In this document: positions 60,534 through 64,000 of the stretch, piece after piece
Position numbering within the stretch: the first letter of the stretch is position 1
Layout of the letters: every line of letters starts with the position of its first letter
DNA from: Candidatus Omnitrophota bacterium
Lineage (GTDB): Bacteria > Omnitrophota > Gorgyraeia > 2-02-FULL-51-18
Assembly: GCA_945877765.1 (NCBI GenBank)
Contig: CAMDWQ010000011.1
Location: forward strand, 2,641-66,640
DNA length: 64,000 nt
Direction of reading: 5' to 3'
Notes under the pieces: model-generated
What the model was told of the DNA's origin: nothing
Database searches by the model: none
The model's input: only the letters and a program-made list of their open reading frames with translations
Translations under genes and position numbers: made by a program

Positions 60534-61343
60534 ATGAAATTTTGGCGGATTGTTTTTTTTAGTGCTCTCCTTGCTCTGTGTCTCCCAGGCATTCTCTTAG
60601 CGGACACGCTTTATCTTAAAAATGGCAATGTGGTCAAAGGTTTTGTAGAGAAAGAGACTTCGGATTCTATCGAATTTATTTTGGGCGACGGCCTCATTGT
60701 CTTTTCAAAAAATGAAATTTCACGCCTAGTGAAGTCTGATGCCCAGGAGACTGAAAAAATTTGGGACGAATGGGGCCAAAACAAAAAAGAGGCCCAGGAG
60801 CGCCGGCCCGAAGAGGAGAGGATCCTAAAGGAAAGAGAAGTCCAGAGGGAGAGGGAAGAAGCGCTTCGAAAGCAAAACGAAGAATTCGCTCCCCGTGAAA
60901 TCCACGGTTCTACAAAGGGCGGTCATTTTTATGTGAATGCAGTTCTTAACGGTAAGGAGCGTGTGAAGTTAATTGTGGATTCCGGCGCCAGCTATGTGAC
61001 CCTGTCAGCAGATGTTGCCAAGCGCCTGCATATTGATACCTTTGGATTAAAAAAACAAAAAACGCTTGTGGCTGACGGCCGCATGGTGGAGGTTTCAGAG
61101 GGCCAGCTTAAAAGCATAGAAGTCTTGGACGGAGATTCGGGGAACCCGGGGGTGTGGGCCACCAACGTGCCTGTTTGGTTCATCCCGAAGCTGCACGACG
61201 TTTTGCCGGAAGCCGCGGATAAGATTGGAGTCCAGGAGGATGGGCTTTTGGGTATGTCCTTTATCAATCGGTTTGCGGTACAGCTGGATTATCAGGGTGG
61301 GAAAATTATTTTTCAAAAGAAAAAGGCCGCCACTTCAAAATGA
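60534..61343 (+). CDS. Retropepsin-like aspartic protease, exported
   Basis: LIVDSGAS, GLLGMSF; N-terminal DTLYLKNG domain. Confidence 0.85.
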   Translation: MKFWRIVFFSALLALCLPGILLADTLYLKNGNVVKGFVEKETSDSIEFILGDGLIVFSKNEISRLVKSDAQETEKIWDEWGQNKKEAQERRPEEERILKEREVQREREEALRKQNEEFAPREIHGSTKGGHFYVNAVLNGKERVKLIVDSGASYVTLSADVAKRLHIDTFGLKKQKTLVADGRMVEVSEGQLKSIEVLDGDSGNPGVWATNVPVWFIPKLHDVLPEAADKIGVQEDGLLGMSFINRFAVQLDYQGGKIIFQKKKAATSK

Positions 61344-61792
61344 CTCAAATTTATGTCGACTCCGATGCCTGCCCCGTCAAACCTGAAGTGATTCGCGTGG
61401 CCAAGCGCTATGAGCTGGCCGTGACATTTGTTTCCAATTCGTGGATGAAGCTTCCCCAGGAGTGGGAAGCGAAGCTGGTAGTTGTCGAGGGAGATTTTGA
61501 CGCGGCCGACAATTGGATTGTGGAACATGTGGTAAAAAACGATATTGTGGTGACCGGCGATATTCCCCTGGTGCATCGCTGCATGAAGAACGGGGCGCGC
61601 GTGATCGGGCACCAAGGCAATCTTTTTACGGATGAAAATATAGGCAACCTTTTGGCGACTCGCGATTTGATGCACGTACTGCGCGGCGCGGGCGAAATTT
61701 CGGGTGGACCGGCTCCTTTTCGAAAAGAAGACCGGTCGCGGTTTCTCCAAGGGCTTGATCAGATGATTCAAGATATCAAAAAAAATGCTTAG
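61340..61792 (+). CDS. YaiI/YqxD (UPF0178) family protein
   Basis: IYVDSDACPVK, DAADNWI, VVTGDIPL. Confidence 0.92.
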   Translation: MTQIYVDSDACPVKPEVIRVAKRYELAVTFVSNSWMKLPQEWEAKLVVVEGDFDAADNWIVEHVVKNDIVVTGDIPLVHRCMKNGARVIGHQGNLFTDENIGNLLATRDLMHVLRGAGEISGGPAPFRKEDRSRFLQGLDQMIQDIKKNA

Positions 61793-63662
61793 AAACTCAG
61801 TGAAGAACGCTCTTGAATCGGTTAGAAAAAATAAAAGCAGTCTCATCGCAGTTTTCACGCTTTTGATGATTGCTGCCTATCTGTGTTTACGCTTTATTTT
61901 CCGCTCGGCAATAAATACCTGTCATCTTCCCCTACTAAGTGCTTTATTTTTAGGAGGAACGCCTCTTTTATATGGAGTCTTAAAAAAACTATTCAACCGT
62001 GATTTTGGCGCGGATCTTTTAGCGGGGATCGCGATTGTCACCTCTGTCCTTTTGGGAGAATACCTGGCGGGCGCCATTGTGGTACTGATGCTTTCCGGAG
62101 GAAATGCACTCGAAATGGTTGCGGTTGCAAATGCGTCCTCCGTTTTAAAAGCACTTGCCAAACGCATGCCTTCCATCGCTCACCGCCGGCGAGGCTCGGA
62201 AGTCGTTGAAATCGGCGTCAATCATATTGCGATTGGCGATACGCTGCTTATTTTTCCTCACGAAATCTGCCCGGTGGATGGAATTGTGGTGGAGGGGCAT
62301 GGGGTGATGAATGAAGCATATTTGACCGGAGAGCCGTTTGAGATTGATAAGGCTCCCGGCACGGGTGTGATTTCAGGGGCTATCAATGGAAATACGGCGT
62401 TGACGATTACCGCCACAAAACTTAGCGTCGATTCGCGGTATGCCCAGATTATGGAAGTGATGAAGCTCTCGGAGCAAAACAAACCCCAATTGAGGCGCCT
62501 AGGGGATCAGCTGGGAGCTATCTATACTCCCGTTGCTTTGTCCCTGGCGGCGTTGTCGTGGATTTTTAGCGGGGAAGCCACTCGCTTTCTTGCGGTGCTT
62601 GTCGTGGCGACGCCGTGCCCGCTTTTGATTGGGATTCCCGTGGCGATTATCGGGTCTATTTCACTGGCGGCCCGACGAGGAATCGTGATCAAAAATCCTG
62701 CCATTCTTGAACAAATCGGAAAATGCGAAACCGCTATTTTTGACAAGACAGGCACGCTCACTTACGGAGAGCCTGAATTATCAGAAACGATTTGCGCTGT
62801 TGGCTTCACTAGTGGTGAGGTGTTGAGCCTTGCGGCGAGCCTTGAACGATACTCCAAGCATCCTCTTGGCCGTGCGATTACCGCGGCCGCGAAAAAAAAT
62901 GGCATTACGATTCTTGAAGCCTCTGAGATTCATGAGGTCCCGGGCGAAGGTCTCAAAGGGGTTGCCGATGGCCGAAGGATTCAAGTTATAGGACGCAATT
63001 TAGTGAATACAAGCAAGTGGCTGGGTTTAGAGCAACTACTTCCCAGCAAAGCAGGCCTAGAGTGCCTTGTGTTCATCAATGAAACCTATGCGGCTACCTT
63101 CAGCTTTCGAGATACGCCTCGCATCGAAAGCGTCCCTTTTATTAAGCATTTAGGTCCCAGCCACGAGCTGCATCGCAGTATTATTGTTTCAGGCGATCGA
63201 GCCTCCGAGGTAAATTATTTGGCGGCCAGGGTGGGCATCACGGAAGTTTACGCGGAAAAAAGCCCCGAAGAAAAACTCGTCATCGTCCAAGAAGAAACGC
63301 GTAAGGCCAAGACACTCTATGTAGGCGACGGCATCAATGACGCGCCCGCCTTGATGGCCGCGACGGTAGGTGTGGCGATCGGCCGAAACAGCGATGTTAC
63401 CAGTCAAGCGGCAGGAGCCGTCATCATGGATAGCTCGCTAACCAAGGTGGATGAGTTGATTCATATCGGCCGTCGGATGAGGACGATCGCTTTGCAGAGC
63501 GCGGTAGGAGGTATCACTTTAAGCCTCATCGGGATGATTTTTGCCGCCTCGGGTCATTTGAGTCCTGTTATGGGCGCAATTACCCAAGAAGCGATAGACC
63601 TGCTTGCAATTTTAAATGCTTTGCGTGCCGCTTTCCCACCAAAAGACCTCTCCGATTTTTAG
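61785..63662 (+). CDS. P1B-type heavy-metal-translocating ATPase
   Basis: LTGE, ATPCPL, FDKTGTLT, SKHP, VGDGINDAPAL. Confidence 0.95.
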   Translation: MLRNSVKNALESVRKNKSSLIAVFTLLMIAAYLCLRFIFRSAINTCHLPLLSALFLGGTPLLYGVLKKLFNRDFGADLLAGIAIVTSVLLGEYLAGAIVVLMLSGGNALEMVAVANASSVLKALAKRMPSIAHRRRGSEVVEIGVNHIAIGDTLLIFPHEICPVDGIVVEGHGVMNEAYLTGEPFEIDKAPGTGVISGAINGNTALTITATKLSVDSRYAQIMEVMKLSEQNKPQLRRLGDQLGAIYTPVALSLAALSWIFSGEATRFLAVLVVATPCPLLIGIPVAIIGSISLAARRGIVIKNPAILEQIGKCETAIFDKTGTLTYGEPELSETICAVGFTSGEVLSLAASLERYSKHPLGRAITAAAKKNGITILEASEIHEVPGEGLKGVADGRRIQVIGRNLVNTSKWLGLEQLLPSKAGLECLVFINETYAATFSFRDTPRIESVPFIKHLGPSHELHRSIIVSGDRASEVNYLAARVGITEVYAEKSPEEKLVIVQEETRKAKTLYVGDGINDAPALMAATVGVAIGRNSDVTSQAAGAVIMDSSLTKVDELIHIGRRMRTIALQSAVGGITLSLIGMIFAASGHLSPVMGAITQEAIDLLAILNALRAAFPPKDLSDF

Positions 63663-63687
63663 CCAGGTTACGGTATAGTCTACAAAC

Positions 63688-64000
63688 ATGGCATTAATCA
63701 GCATCCAAGAAGTCTCTCTGGCTCTGGGCGGCCCGCTTCTTTTTGACAATATCAGCCTCCAAGTAGAATCCGGCGAGCGTGTGGCACTTTTGGGCCGCAA
63801 TGGCGTAGGGAAAACCACGCTCATGAAAGTCATTGCCGGCCAGATGAAAATCGATCGCGGGGAAATCGGCTACCAAAAAGGGATTAAAGTCACGCATCTG
63901 CCTCAAGAAGTCCCGGCCGATATCACTGGGAACGTTTTTGATATTGTTCTTTCCGGTCTTCCTGATCAAGTCAAACTGCTGGGCGATTTCCATCATTTGA
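63688..64000 (+). CDS. ABC-F family ATPase (Uup-like), partial
   Basis: Manual translation MALISIQEVSLALGGPLLFDNISLQVESGERVALLGRNGVGKTTLMK. Confidence 0.85.
   Translation, partial: MALISIQEVSLALGGPLLFDNISLQVESGERVALLGRNGVGKTTLMKVIAGQMKIDRGEIGYQKGIKVTHLPQEVPADITGNVFDIVLSGLPDQVKLLGDFHHL

Overview
Bacterial chromosomal window spanning the replication origin. The gene style suggests a PVC-group or Omnitrophota-like genome, which is inference only. Bases 1-30.7 kb are core genome: thrS-infC-rpmI-rplT-pheS-dinD-pheT, three tRNAs, coaB/coaC-gmk-ndk-parB-parA with two parS sites, and mnmG-yidC-yidD-rnpA-rpmH on the minus strand. On the plus strand follow dnaA-oriC-dnaN-dciA-gyrB-gyrA (with a LAGLIDADG intein) and tRNA-Glu. 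This core carries eight copies of a ~70-bp palindromic repeat, one inserted in frame in pheT. After tRNA-Glu lies an accessory region punctuated by REP-like hairpins: BrnTA, a PLD fusion, two ORF6N genes, a MazG-like gene, a DISARM-II-like cluster (DrmE-like, NERD helicase, fused DrmA-DrmB, C5 MTase), a DpnI-like nuclease and assorted cargo. The most striking unexplained signal is at 34.2-35.8 kb. Each ORF6N gene encodes its variable segment with a ~30-bp DNA palindrome and is followed by a tandem array of silent, alternative, palindrome-centred versions of that segment (five in total). The ORF6N genes also share a fixed-spacing upstream motif with a REP-associated HUH transposase 24 kb away. 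Other notable signals are a perfect 34-bp palindrome at the analogous position of dinD and a toxin-antitoxin module bracketed by a duplicated thrS 5' end. Family assignments come from motif recognition by eye, not database searches.
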